DNA of 64,000 bases from Coleofasciculus chthonoplastes F2-STO-03. GTDB lineage: Bacteria; Cyanobacteriota; Cyanobacteriia; Cyanobacteriales; Coleofasciculaceae. Below the pieces are notes generated by a model. The model searched no databases. It was not told the DNA's origin and saw only the letters and a list, made by a program, of their open reading frames with translations. Where the stretch lies: assembly GCA_040222015.1 (NCBI GenBank), contig JAVJWO010000193.1:64001-128000 (forward strand), read 5' to 3'. Shown here in pieces: positions 28,281-38,350 of this stretch (position 1 is the first letter of the stretch; each line of letters begins with the position of its first letter). A program made the translations under genes and the position numbers.

Positions 28281-29810
28281 TTAGACCGCTTCTTTCTTCC
28301 GAGTGGTCTTATCACCCACTTTCTGGAACAGACCGAATTCGACTTGTTCCTCTAGGTCAGCATCAACCCCAGCAAATACATCTCGGAACAGAGTCCGGGA
28401 ACCATGCCAGATATGACCAAAGAAGAACAACAGAGCAAATACCGCATGACCGAAGGTGAACCAACCTCGTGGACTGGTACGGAATACCCCATCCGAGTTT
28501 AAGGTTTCACGATCAAATTCAAACGGTTCACCCAGTTGAGCTTTACGGGCATACTGCTTAACAACAGCAGGCTCTTCAATGGTTTGACCATCCAAAAGAC
28601 CACCGTAGAATGTCGCTGTAACACCAGTTTGCTCAAAGCTATATTTCGACTCAGCCCGTCGGAAGGGGATGTCCGCCCGAACCACACCATTGGCATCCGT
28701 CAAGACAACCGGGAAGGTTTCAAAGAAGTTGGGCATACGGCGCACCGTCAATTCCCGACCTTCGCCATCAGTAAATACTGGATGACCTAACCAAGCTTCG
28801 GCAATACCATCACCCTTGTCCATCGGACCAGTGCGGAACAAACCGCCCTTAGCTGGAGAGTTGCCAATATAGTCGTAGAACGCCAGCTTCTCCGGAATCT
28901 GATTCCACGCCTCTGAGGGGCTGACTCCGTCTGCCATCGCCATTTCCACACGGCGATCAATTTCTTCCTGGAAGTACCCTTGATCCCATTGGTACCGGGT
29001 TGGACCAAACAGTTCAATCGGCGTAGCCGCAGAACCGTACCACATCGTACCCGCGACCACAAACGCCGCAAAGAATACAGCAGCAATACTGCTAGATAGT
29101 ACGGTTTCAATATTCCCCATCCGCAGCGCTTTAAACAGTCGCTCTGGGGGTCGAACGGTCAAGTGGAATAACCCAGCAATAATTCCGACAATCCCTGCGG
29201 CAATATGGTGAGCCACAATACCACCCGGGTTAAAGGGATTAAATCCTTCTGGACCCCAGGCTGGGGCTACAGGTTGAACACTACCCGTGAGACCGTAAGG
29301 ATCAGACACCCACATTCCTGGACCAAACAGTCCAGTCTGGTGAAACGCCCCAAAGCCAAAGCAGAGAAGACCAGATAAGAACAGGTGAATGCCAAACATT
29401 TTTGGCAAATCCAGCGCCGGTTCGCCCGTGCGAGGATCTCTAAACAGTTCTAAATCCCAGTAAACCCAATGCCAGCAGGCGGCTAAGAACAACAGACCTG
29501 CCAGAACAATGTGAGCAGCGGCGACGCCTTCAAATGACCAAAAGCCGACATCTGTCGCTGTTTCGCCACTAATACTCCAACCCCGCCAGGAGTCAGTGAC
29601 CCCTAAACGCGCCATGAACGGCATCACGAACATCCCTTGACGCCACATGGGATTGAGGACTGGATCACTCGGATCAAATGTGGCTAGTTCGTATAGAGCC
29701 ATCGAACCAGCCCAGCCTGCCACGAGGGCAGTGTGCATCAAATGCACAGCAATCAGACGCCCTGGATCATTCAGGACGACTGTATGTACTCGATACCACG
29801 GTAGTCCCAT
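28281..29810 (-). CDS. psbB: Photosystem II CP47 protein
   Basis: [27 protein letters not shown], full-length 509 aa. Confidence 0.99.
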   Translation of the reverse strand: MGLPWYRVHTVVLNDPGRLIAVHLMHTALVAGWAGSMALYELATFDPSDPVLNPMWRQGMFVMPFMARLGVTDSWRGWSISGETATDVGFWSFEGVAAAHIVLAGLLFLAACWHWVYWDLELFRDPRTGEPALDLPKMFGIHLFLSGLLCFGFGAFHQTGLFGPGMWVSDPYGLTGSVQPVAPAWGPEGFNPFNPGGIVAHHIAAGIVGIIAGLFHLTVRPPERLFKALRMGNIETVLSSSIAAVFFAAFVVAGTMWYGSAATPIELFGPTRYQWDQGYFQEEIDRRVEMAMADGVSPSEAWNQIPEKLAFYDYIGNSPAKGGLFRTGPMDKGDGIAEAWLGHPVFTDGEGRELTVRRMPNFFETFPVVLTDANGVVRADIPFRRAESKYSFEQTGVTATFYGGLLDGQTIEEPAVVKQYARKAQLGEPFEFDRETLNSDGVFRTSPRGWFTFGHAVFALLFFFGHIWHGSRTLFRDVFAGVDADLEEQVEFGLFQKVGDKTTRKKEAV

Positions 29811-29971
29811 CGACTACGCTCCTCCTAGAGATAGAGTTTCTACTTTGACGCTTCTTTTGAATCAAGATATTAGAAATTGATCTTACCCGCCTAAAAGCGT
29901 GAACTGATGACCTTTTTCGGTTATCCTTCATGTTCCAAACAGCTAGGCGGGTTAGTCTTTGACTTTAAAGA

Positions 29972-30000
29972 AGTGTAACTTTTCTTAGAAACGATTGCAA
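29972..30000 (-). promoter_or_regulatory. Putative sigma70-type promoter of psbB
   Basis: Minus strand TTGCAA-N17-TACACT about 160 bp upstream of the ATG; leader has an ACCCGCCTA/TAGGCGGGT stem (29885-29952). Confidence 0.65.
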
Positions 30001-30117
30001 GCAGGGGGAAAGTTTTTAGTGTTGACCCTTCGCTTCGGAAAGAGGGCATGGTATGTGAGTTACTCCCTCCCCTAGCTCCTCTGCTCCTCTACTCCGAGAG
30101 CTACGCGATCGCTTAAA

Positions 30118-30453
30118 TCACCCATCGCTAGTTTCTGAGGAGAGATTCAAAACACTCGGCGTCGTGGTTAATCGCTCAACCACTTGTTCTGCACTCATCA
30201 AGCGTTTGAGGACAACTTGACCAATAGTTTTTGTGGATTGGGGTGAAGCATCCGGTGTCGGTTTAACTTCTACCATCAATACCGCATCCTCAACCCGATA
30301 TAGCCATAACTTTTCCCCCTGTTCCAAGATGCAAAGGTTGAGACGGATGATTTCGGGTTCCCGTCGCCAAGCATTGACATTCCAAAGTCCTCCAAACTCC
30401 CAAACTCGTCCCACAGTCCAGCCATCGGATAGAAAAAAGTACTTTACAGACAT
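30118..30453 (-). CDS. Conserved cyanobacterial hypothetical protein
   Basis: KYFFLSDGWTVGRVW...TIGQVVLKRL; plausible coding ORF. Confidence 0.75.
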   Translation of the reverse strand: MSVKYFFLSDGWTVGRVWEFGGLWNVNAWRREPEIIRLNLCILEQGEKLWLYRVEDAVLMVEVKPTPDASPQSTKTIGQVVLKRLMSAEQVVERLTTTPSVLNLSSETSDG

Positions 30454-30728
30454 TTGTATTACATTTAGGAAACTGGTGTTCTAGTGCAGCATGGCAAAAG
30501 TTGTTTTGTTGTTTTAGTCTGTATTGATAATAGGGGAGATGGGGAAGATAGGGTAGATGAGAGAGATGGGGAGTCGGGGCGAGTTGAGTCGCATTCCTGC
30601 TGAGACCACGATAATAGTGAAAAGAACCCCTCCATACAACCAGGTTTCCTGGAGCGAACCGCAGGGTCAAAACTTTACCTTTCCCATTTTGCAGCAGGAT
30701 CAAACCAGAGTAGCTTGGAGGCTGGGCA

Positions 30729-31898
30729 GTGAGTCTGGGTAAATGGATTGGCATACTTGTTTTTATCATTTCACTATTTGTTTTGTGGCAAATTCGGCAG
30801 ATTCTCCTGCTTATATTTGCCGCAATTGTGATATTTAATGCCTTAAATATTCTGGTAGAACGATTCCAGAGATCTGGAATTCAGCGATTTTTTGCAGTTC
30901 TGCTGTCGCTTTTTCTCCTCCTGTGCATTCTGGTCGGATTTTACTTCCTAATTGTCCCTCCTTTTACCGAACAATTTTTACAACTGAGTGAGTTAGTCCC
31001 TCAAGGTATTGAACAATTAAGCAAATGGATAGAAGCTTTAGAAGCCGATATTTCCTCGGAATTACTCGATCAGTACATCCCAGATATTAACCAATTACTG
31101 CAACAGCTTCCTCCCTTGATAAATCGGGTATTAGGGGGCGGATTCACGTTTTTCAATAATGCTTTGGGTGTCCTCCTGAATAGTTTGCTTGTTTTAGTAT
31201 TAACACTAATGCTCCTTGCCGATCCTCACCCTTACCGGAAAAGCTTTGTTCGCCTTTTTCCGTCATTCTATCGGCGTCGAGTTGATGAAATTTTGCAGCG
31301 GTGTAATGAAGCATTGCGAGGATGGCTAGCCGGCATTCTGTTTAACATGGCAGTCATTTCATTGTTAAGTTTTTTCGGCTTACTGCTATTGGGAATTCCC
31401 CTGGCACTGGCACAAGCTACGTTAGCGGGGATTTTAACATTTATTCCCAATCTTGGACCCGTAGTGAGTGTGATCCCACCCATTGCGATCGCGCTGCTAG
31501 ATTCGCCATGGAAAGCCATTGCTGTATTGATTCTCTATATTGTGATTCAGCAGGTTGAAAGTAATTTACTCACACCTTTAGTCATGGCGCAACAGGTATC
31601 CCTGTTACCCGCTATAACATTGCTAGCCCAGTTATTTTTCGTCACCTTCTTTGGATTTTTAGGGTTATTGTTAGCCCTTCCCCTAACAGTAGTGGCTCAG
31701 GTTTGGCTCAAGGAGGTTCTCGTTAACGATATTCTTGACAAATGGCATCATCCGAGTCACAAGGATGCTCAACCTGTGGCAACAACGTTTGCTGTCTCTC
31801 CCACTGCTGATATGGTAAGGGATGAGGGAGATGGGGGAGCTGGGGGAGCTGGGGGAGCTGGGGAAGCTGGGGAAGCTGGGGAAGCAAATGACCAATGA
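30729..31898 (+). CDS. AI-2E family transporter
   Basis: Multi-TM, FIPNLGP, QQVESNLLTP, GFLGLLLALP; repeat-derived C-terminal tail. Confidence 0.9.
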   Translation: MSLGKWIGILVFIISLFVLWQIRQILLLIFAAIVIFNALNILVERFQRSGIQRFFAVLLSLFLLLCILVGFYFLIVPPFTEQFLQLSELVPQGIEQLSKWIEALEADISSELLDQYIPDINQLLQQLPPLINRVLGGGFTFFNNALGVLLNSLLVLVLTLMLLADPHPYRKSFVRLFPSFYRRRVDEILQRCNEALRGWLAGILFNMAVISLLSFFGLLLLGIPLALAQATLAGILTFIPNLGPVVSVIPPIAIALLDSPWKAIAVLILYIVIQQVESNLLTPLVMAQQVSLLPAITLLAQLFFVTFFGFLGLLLALPLTVVAQVWLKEVLVNDILDKWHHPSHKDAQPVATTFAVSPTADMVRDEGDGGAGGAGGAGEAGEAGEANDQ

Positions 31899-31934
31899 CC
31901 AATGACCAATGACCAATGACCAATGACCAATGAC
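31826..31934 (+). repeat. 9-mer GGGGAGCTG/GGGAAGCTG tandem repeats followed by heptamer AATGACC repeats (STRR-like)
   Basis: Directly visible; spans the AI-2E stop codon. Confidence 0.9.
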
Positions 31935-31952
31935 GAATAACAACTTTTTATC

Positions 31953-33152
31953 GTGCGAACCTTAGCTGATATCAATGATAAAATTCACCATCGACGAGCT
32001 GTCGTCTGGACAGTCGAGGAATTAAAAGCGCGAGTCGCCGATATCGGTGTCACGCAGGCGGCTAAGAACGTCGATGTGATTACCACAGGTACATTTGAGC
32101 CAATGGAGTCCTCGGGCGCGATTATTAATTTAGGTCACACAGACCCCCCGATTAAGATTCGTAAATGCTGGTTAGATGGTGTACCTGCGTATGCTGGCTT
32201 TGGTGCGGTGGATTTGTATTTAGGCGCGACTCAAGTCGTGGACTCTACCGATATGGGAGATCTATCAGAGATCGAGGAATCTAGAGAACGGGGTGGTTCT
32301 CATGTAATTGAAGACTTGATTGCCGGTAAACCCGTGCAGTTGAGGGCGATTGGACAGATGACTGACTGTTATCCTAGAGCATCTTGTGATACGACGATTA
32401 CTCGCGAAACGATTAACCAGTTCTATCTCTACAATCCGCGCAATCTCTATCAAAATTTTATCGTCGGCGTCAATGGGGGCGATCGCCTCTTGTACACTTA
32501 TCTTGGTCCGCTCCACCCCAGATTAGGCAATGCAGTCTACTCCAATCCGGGAGCAATTTCCCCGCTACTCAATGATCCCGAACTCAAGCTGATTGGGATT
32601 GGTACACAAATTTTCTTGGGTGGGGGTATTGGTTACATCGCTTGGGAAGGGACTCAACATTTTCCCCTCCAGAAACGCCTACCCAATCATACCCCCATTG
32701 GTCCAGCCGCTACATTGGCGTTAATTGGAGATGCCAAGCAGATGAATCCCAAGTGGGTACGGGGTTGCTACTTTAAAAATTATGGTCCGTCTCTAATGTT
32801 GGGCGTTGGTGTACCCTTACCTGTCTTGAGTGAAGAAGTGGTTCAGCATTGTGCTGTGTCGGATCAGGATATTGTCGCCCCAGTGGTTGATTTCTCGATT
32901 CCCCGTCGCGTTCGTCCTACCTTCGGATTAGTTAGCTATGCCCAGCTGAAGCAGGGGCGCATTACTATTGACGGCAACTCTGTACGGACAGCTCCTTTGG
33001 CAAGTGTATTTCGTTCACGGCAAGTTGCTTTGGAATTAAAGCAATGGATTGAACGGGGCGAGTTTACTCTCACCGAACCTGTGGCATCCATTCCCATGGA
33101 TCGTTCCTTTCTGCCTCAGGATCGCTGGGGTTCTCAACTGAGTATAGAGTAA
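31953..33152 (+). CDS. Homocysteine biosynthesis protein (DUF39 family)
   Basis: VDVITTGTFEPMESSG, AVDLYLGATQ, GGSHVIEDLIAGK, PRNLYQN. Confidence 0.85.
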   Translation: MRTLADINDKIHHRRAVVWTVEELKARVADIGVTQAAKNVDVITTGTFEPMESSGAIINLGHTDPPIKIRKCWLDGVPAYAGFGAVDLYLGATQVVDSTDMGDLSEIEESRERGGSHVIEDLIAGKPVQLRAIGQMTDCYPRASCDTTITRETINQFYLYNPRNLYQNFIVGVNGGDRLLYTYLGPLHPRLGNAVYSNPGAISPLLNDPELKLIGIGTQIFLGGGIGYIAWEGTQHFPLQKRLPNHTPIGPAATLALIGDAKQMNPKWVRGCYFKNYGPSLMLGVGVPLPVLSEEVVQHCAVSDQDIVAPVVDFSIPRRVRPTFGLVSYAQLKQGRITIDGNSVRTAPLASVFRSRQVALELKQWIERGEFTLTEPVASIPMDRSFLPQDRWGSQLSIE

Positions 33153-33153
33153 A

Positions 33154-33184
33154 CTAATCCCACAACTTGAGGTCGTGGGATTAG
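33154..33184 (+). terminator. Hairpin immediately after the DUF39 stop codon
   Basis: CTAATCCCAC-AACTTGAGGTC-GTGGGATTAG. Confidence 0.6.
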
Positions 33185-33333
33185 CCGTCATCTGTCATCT
33201 GTCATTTGTCCTTTGTTATATTAACACTTTATTGTTAATTCCTCATAGCCGCCCCTAACTACCGCTTCTACCTCATCGGTGAAGCGCAGGATGGGCGGCG
33301 GAATCTAGCTCACGTCCTAATCAGGAATCGCTC

Positions 33334-34320
33334 TTAGGAATTATCTTTACCTGGCTTGTCCTTACGTTGAACTGGTTTGGATAAGGGTTCTGAACGCTTG
33401 GGTGAGCTTCTTTTTCCTGTTGTCGAACGATCTTCGCCCAAACCACGACGGGGAAAACTCTTTTTAGGTCTTGACCCTTTGCGTGGACGAAACTTATTCG
33501 ATCGCCTTTTGGGTGCATGAACGATACCAATATCATTGCCTTCCTCAATCATCAGGGTATTGGTATGCAGTTTGACGTGCAAATCCCAAAAGTGATTGAT
33601 CACCTTTTCCCCAAGCAATCCCTTGAGCTGAAGCTTGAAAAATTTGGTTTTCTCTGATTCTCTGCGGGGAGACTGCTTGATTTTGACGATAACGTCTTCA
33701 TTCTCCCGCGACTGGTAAATGACTTGACCCCGAATTGAAAAATAACCTTCTGGTAATTGCTCTGTTGGTTCAGGTTGAGAATGATCTGGAGACGTTTGTG
33801 CCTCAGGGGTTGACTCTTCCGGTGGCGAGTCGGTTGATTCTGAAGCCGTCGTTGGATCTTGATTGAGTGTTTCCGGTTCCCAAACACCGACAATTTGGAC
33901 GTGCAAATTTCCGTCTTGTTGTCTTGTGCGAGGATAAACGACCCAAAGATGGGATAGAGCTAAATCGAGATGGTTTTTCACCAAACTCATGACCCGACCC
34001 AGTAAGACGGCATCAATTAAGGTGCCGTCATCTGCCAGTAAAGTACCCCTTGTCAATTGCTCTTGAGAGGGCATATATTTTCCCCGAATCAGCCCGATGG
34101 CTCGGTACTGCATGGGTTCACTGGGCGGAGGAATGGGTTGTTGTCGTTGGACATCTGATGGCATTGTCCCGGTTGAATCTGTTGTAGTAGATGAGTTAGT
34201 CACGTTTTGAGAATTGCCATTGGGTGGGGCTGAGTGTGGCGGTTGCACACTGGATGCTTCTGGCAGATTTTCACCAGAAGACTGGGGTGAGTCGGTAGAC
34301 CGATTCACAGAAGGACTCAT
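33334..34320 (-). CDS. Conserved cyanobacterial hypothetical protein
   Basis: QYRAIGLIRGKY, HLWVVYPRT, GYFSIRG; ATG at 34320 preceded by AGGAGG. Confidence 0.8.
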   Translation of the reverse strand: MSPSVNRSTDSPQSSGENLPEASSVQPPHSAPPNGNSQNVTNSSTTTDSTGTMPSDVQRQQPIPPPSEPMQYRAIGLIRGKYMPSQEQLTRGTLLADDGTLIDAVLLGRVMSLVKNHLDLALSHLWVVYPRTRQQDGNLHVQIVGVWEPETLNQDPTTASESTDSPPEESTPEAQTSPDHSQPEPTEQLPEGYFSIRGQVIYQSRENEDVIVKIKQSPRRESEKTKFFKLQLKGLLGEKVINHFWDLHVKLHTNTLMIEEGNDIGIVHAPKRRSNKFRPRKGSRPKKSFPRRGLGEDRSTTGKRSSPKRSEPLSKPVQRKDKPGKDNS

Positions 34321-34644
34321 ATAACCTCCTAGCGGCGGAGACACATTCCCTTGTGGGAGATTTGGACTGACTGCTTGAATTTTAGTTTCTTCAACATCCT
34401 TACTGGAGTGGTGCAATAGCTAGAATGACTCTCCTAGCTATGTTCCCACCGAAAATTAACAAAGTAAGGAAACTCAGTATCAGTCTGCCCATTTTACAAA
34501 ATGCAGTCATAAGACTGGTACATCCGCAAAGTTTATGGAATCTTTACTCGCAGCAATCTGCACTCTATTCAAATTTTGGCGGGAAAATAGGGGAGTGGCG
34601 ATAAATCTGAGTAATCCGTTACACAATAGTTAAGAGGACAAGAG

Positions 34645-35115
34645 ATGAGTGAATCATCCATCAATTCCTTACTGGAGAACCTAAAAAACCCTGACGAAAA
34701 CGTCCGCAAACAGGCAACCGAAGAACTCTGGCGTATCTGGTTCTACCAAAAGGGCATTTCTGGCATGGAACGGCTAGGGCGGACACAGATTTTATTAGAA
34801 CGTGGGGAAACAGCTCAAGCTGAAGCACTGCTGACCCAGATTATTAGAGAGCAACCTGATTTTGCCGAAGCGTGGAATCGACGAGCCGTTCTTTACTACG
34901 TACTTAAACAGTATCAAAAGTCAAGGGACGATTGTCAGCAGGTTGTCCGGCTCAATCCCATTCATTTTGGGGCGCTGCATGGTTTGGGATTATGTTATAT
35001 GGCGTTAGGAGATTATCAAGCGGCAATTACAGCATTTCGCAGGGCGTTGGACATTCAACCCTATTCTTTAATTAATCAAAAGTTTATTCTTGAATGCACG
35101 GCGCGGTTGAGTTAG
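34645..35115 (+). CDS. Tetratricopeptide repeat protein
   Basis: PDFAEAWNRRA, NPIHFGALHGLG. Confidence 0.9.
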   Translation: MSESSINSLLENLKNPDENVRKQATEELWRIWFYQKGISGMERLGRTQILLERGETAQAEALLTQIIREQPDFAEAWNRRAVLYYVLKQYQKSRDDCQQVVRLNPIHFGALHGLGLCYMALGDYQAAITAFRRALDIQPYSLINQKFILECTARLS

Positions 35116-35440
35116 GAGGAGATGAGGGAGATGAGGGAGATGGGGGAGATGGGGGAGATGGGGGAGCAGGGGAACCAAGGGAACCAAGGAAGGGGATGTA
35201 GGGGCGGGTTTTACAGATAACTTATGGCAAAAACTGATAACTTAACTAAACCCGCCCTTCTCCGGTGGCTAAAAATTAGAATGGGCAAGGGTTATGGCTT
35301 AAGTTGACACTAATGCACGTCGGTGCGCCCCTACAGTGGGATAGATTGTAGGTTGGGTTTCGACTTCGCTCAACCGACTTCGCTCAACCGATTTCGCTCA
35401 ACCCAACGGAATCTAGGGCGAAGGTTCCTTTACAAAAGCC
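35116..35440. repeat. Composite repeat region: GGGAGATGAG decamers, REP hairpin (35198-35257), MITE-A end, REP containing three CGACTTCGCTCAAC units
   Basis: Directly visible; the outer parts of 35340-35440 resemble the sequence flanking the MITE at 37957-38150. Confidence 0.8.
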
Positions 35441-35492
35441 GGAAATCCATTGAATAAGGTGTCCTACACCACAACAATCAGGTGAGGTCAAT

Positions 35493-36542
35493 TTGCTGAA
35501 CATAAATCAACCTAGTCCCTTACAACCAGGCAATTTGCTAAGGGTGATTGCTCCGAGTGGTGCATTACGAGAGGTTGACGCATTCCATCAGGGAGTGGAA
35601 ATTTGGCGTCGCCGAGGCTATCGGGTTGAATTGCCAGCCAATTGGGATGCTAGGGATGGTTACCTGGCGGGTACAGATAACCAACGACGTCAGCAGTTAA
35701 CCGCCGCTTGGTATGACCCAGACTGTCGGGGGATTCTTTGTATCCGAGGTGGCTATGGTAGCGCCCGTCTTCTGGAAGACTGGACGTGGAATTCTCCAGT
35801 AATATCGCCCCAGGTTGTAGGGGCGGGTTTGACCGATAACGCTACCCCAGAAACCGATAACTTGACTAAACCCGCCCTGCTTGGGGAACAGGGGCGCAGC
35901 GGCGCACAGGTCAATCAAATTGATCAAAGGAGTCTTGAGCCAAAATCCCCTATCCCCAAGTGGCTGATTGGGTTTTCCGATATTACCTGTCTCCTCTGGA
36001 GTCTAGCTGGGGTAGGAATTAGCAGTGTTCATGCTCCAGTCTTAACCACGTTAGCTAGTGAACCGGAATGGTCACTCAATCGCTTATTTGACTGTGTAGA
36101 AGGACGCCCTCTGCCCCCTTTAACCGGGAAGTGTTGGGGTGGGGGTAAAGTTAAGGGATGGCTTTTGCCAGGGAATCTGACTGTGGCAACTCATCTACTG
36201 GGTACGCCGATTCTACCACCGCTAGAGGGGGCAATTCTGGCGTTAGAGGATGTGACAGAAGCACCTTATCGAATTGACCGCCTGTTGACCCAGTGGCGGA
36301 TGAATGGCATGTTACAAAAAGTTAAGGGTATTGCCTTGGGACGGTTTAGCCGCTGCCATCCTCCCCAGAATGTGCCAAGTTGGACGGTTGAAGAGGTATT
36401 ACGCGATCGCATAACCGATCTTGATATCCCGATTGTATCCGAGTTGCCCTTTGGTCACGATGGGGTCAACGCCGCTTTGCCTGTGGGACGTTGGGTTGAA
36501 CTCGATGGGGATCAGGGAACATTATGTTGGAAAACTTCATAA
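35493..36542 (+). CDS. LD-carboxypeptidase (peptidase S66) with in-frame REP insertion
   Basis: RGGYGSARLL, IGFSDIT, GNL, LEDVTE, FGH. Confidence 0.92.
   Translation: MLNINQPSPLQPGNLLRVIAPSGALREVDAFHQGVEIWRRRGYRVELPANWDARDGYLAGTDNQRRQQLTAAWYDPDCRGILCIRGGYGSARLLEDWTWNSPVISPQVVGAGLTDNATPETDNLTKPALLGEQGRSGAQVNQIDQRSLEPKSPIPKWLIGFSDITCLLWSLAGVGISSVHAPVLTTLASEPEWSLNRLFDCVEGRPLPPLTGKCWGGGKVKGWLLPGNLTVATHLLGTPILPPLEGAILALEDVTEAPYRIDRLLTQWRMNGMLQKVKGIALGRFSRCHPPQNVPSWTVEEVLRDRITDLDIPIVSELPFGHDGVNAALPVGRWVELDGDQGTLCWKTS
35817..35880 (+). repeat. GTAG-REP-like hairpin inside the LD-carboxypeptidase CDS
   Basis: GTAGGGGCGGGTTTGACCGATAAC...GATAACTTGACTAAACCCGCCC, same family as 1527 and 35198. Confidence 0.88.
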
Positions 36543-36607
36543 ATAATTGTCAACTGTGAATGGTAAGCTAACAGAGCGTTTAAAAATTTAGATGGGGTAG
36601 GTCTAGT

Positions 36608-37669
36608 ATGGCTGGGTTAACCCAGGTTCCTTATTTATTACGAGCCGCTCGTGGTGAAAAATTAGAACGTCCGCCTGTGTGGATGATGCGACAGGCGGGT
36701 CGATATATGAAAGCCTATCGGGATTTACGCGATAAGTATCCCAGTTTCCGGGAACGCTCCGAAATTCCCGAAATTGCTATTGAAATTTCTCTCCAACCCT
36801 GGAAGGCGTTTCGTCCCGATGGGGTGATTCTATTTTCGGATATCCTTACGCCTCTCCCCGGAGTCGGTATTCCTTTTGATATTGTTGAAAGCAAGGGTCC
36901 GATTATTGATCCGCCGATTCGCTCCCAAGCACAAATTGACGGGATTCATCCCTTAGAGTTAGAAAAATTAACATTTGTCGGGGAGATATTAAAAGCGCTG
37001 CGTCGGGAAGTCGGGAACGAAGCCGCTGTCTTAGGCTTTGTCGGTGCGCCCTGGACATTAGCCGCCTATGCGATTGAGGGGAAAAGCTCTAAGAATTACT
37101 CGATTATTAAAGGGATGGCATTTTCCCAACCCGCCATGCTACATGAATTTCTGGGAAAAATCGCTGATGCGATCGCGGTTTATGTACGCTATCAAATTGA
37201 TAATGGTGCCCAAGTCGTGCAACTGTTCGATTCCTGGGCGGGTCAACTGAGTCCCCAAGACTACGATACCTTTGCCTTACCCTATCAGCAGCGCGTGGTT
37301 GAGCAAGTAAAAGCCACCCATCCGGATACGCCTCTGATTTTATATATCAGTGGGAGTGCGGGAATCTTAGAGCGCATGGGCAAATCTGGCGTGGATATTA
37401 TCAGCGTAGACTGGACGGTGGATATGGCAGAAGCGCGACAGCGGTTAGGCTATAAAATGAACGTTCAGGGGAATATGGACCCAGGGGTGCTATTTGGGTC
37501 ACAGGATTTTATCCGCGATCGCATTTTGGATACGATTCGTAAAGCGGGGAATCGAGGTCATATCTTTAATTTGGGTCATGGTGTCTTACCGGGAACCCCA
37601 GAAGATAATGTCAGGTTCTTCTTTGAAACCGCCAAACAGGTTGATCAATTGTTGAGTGTTCATGCGTAA
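36608..37669 (+). CDS. hemE: Uroporphyrinogen decarboxylase
   Basis: [31 protein letters not shown]. Confidence 0.98.
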   Translation: MAGLTQVPYLLRAARGEKLERPPVWMMRQAGRYMKAYRDLRDKYPSFRERSEIPEIAIEISLQPWKAFRPDGVILFSDILTPLPGVGIPFDIVESKGPIIDPPIRSQAQIDGIHPLELEKLTFVGEILKALRREVGNEAAVLGFVGAPWTLAAYAIEGKSSKNYSIIKGMAFSQPAMLHEFLGKIADAIAVYVRYQIDNGAQVVQLFDSWAGQLSPQDYDTFALPYQQRVVEQVKATHPDTPLILYISGSAGILERMGKSGVDIISVDWTVDMAEARQRLGYKMNVQGNMDPGVLFGSQDFIRDRILDTIRKAGNRGHIFNLGHGVLPGTPEDNVRFFFETAKQVDQLLSVHA

Positions 37670-37782
37670 GAAATTGGGGAAAAGGGGATTGGGCGAAGCC
37701 TTCGTGCTGGTATGTTGACAGAAAACCGAGACATCTGGACACGAATGCGAGAACCCATACGTTCGTCGGACATGGCGCGTCT

Positions 37783-37846
37783 GTAGGGGCGGGTTTATGG
37801 GCTTTCGTGTCGCTATTGATGATAACGTTTATTCAAAACCCGCCCT
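37783..37846 (+). repeat. GTAG-REP-like hairpin
   Basis: GTAGGGGCGGGTTT...AAAACCCGCCC. Confidence 0.8.
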
Positions 37847-37984
37847 TTCCAAATGTAGAGGTAGGATTTCACTATTGTCGTTTCGTCCATCACCCAGATG
37901 TGACTCAATCCGCCCCTGACACAAATTCAGGTGGATCATACAGCTAAAATCGTGGAATAGATTGTAAGTTGGGTTGACTCAGGT

Positions 37985-38112
37985 TAAGCTGTCATGCATT
38001 TAAATTGGGTATTAGTAGCGAGCAAGATGCAAAGCCTGCGGCATGGCTTCGCTTAACGCACTACAAGGATTTTACCATTATTGATATTAAGGTTTAAATG
38101 CCGAACAGCTTA
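37985..38112 (+). mobile_element. Family-B MITE (103-bp unit) carrying a 25-bp extra insertion
   Basis: TAAGCTGTCATGCATTTAAA...TTTAAATGCCGAACAGCTTA; copies at 41803-41905 and 48185-48287 are 103 bp. Confidence 0.85.
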
Positions 38113-38116
38113 CCCA

Positions 38117-38350
38117 AAGGAATCTAGGGCTAAAGCCCTTACTACAAGCCTAATATTTACATAATGTCATATCGGTTAAGTTAGGATCGGATTATCAAGA
38201 AATCTCAAATCAAATGGCTCCCAAGCGAATTTTAAGGAATCTAGGGCTAAAGCCCTTACTACAAGCCTAATATTTACATAATGTCATATCGGTTAAGTTA
38301 GGATCGGATTATCAAGAAATCTCAAATCAAATGGCTCCCAAGCGAATTTT
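38117..38350 (+). repeat. Perfect 117-bp tandem duplication covering the upstream region and first codons of the epimerase gene
   Basis: 38117-38233 equals 38234-38350. Confidence 0.95.
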
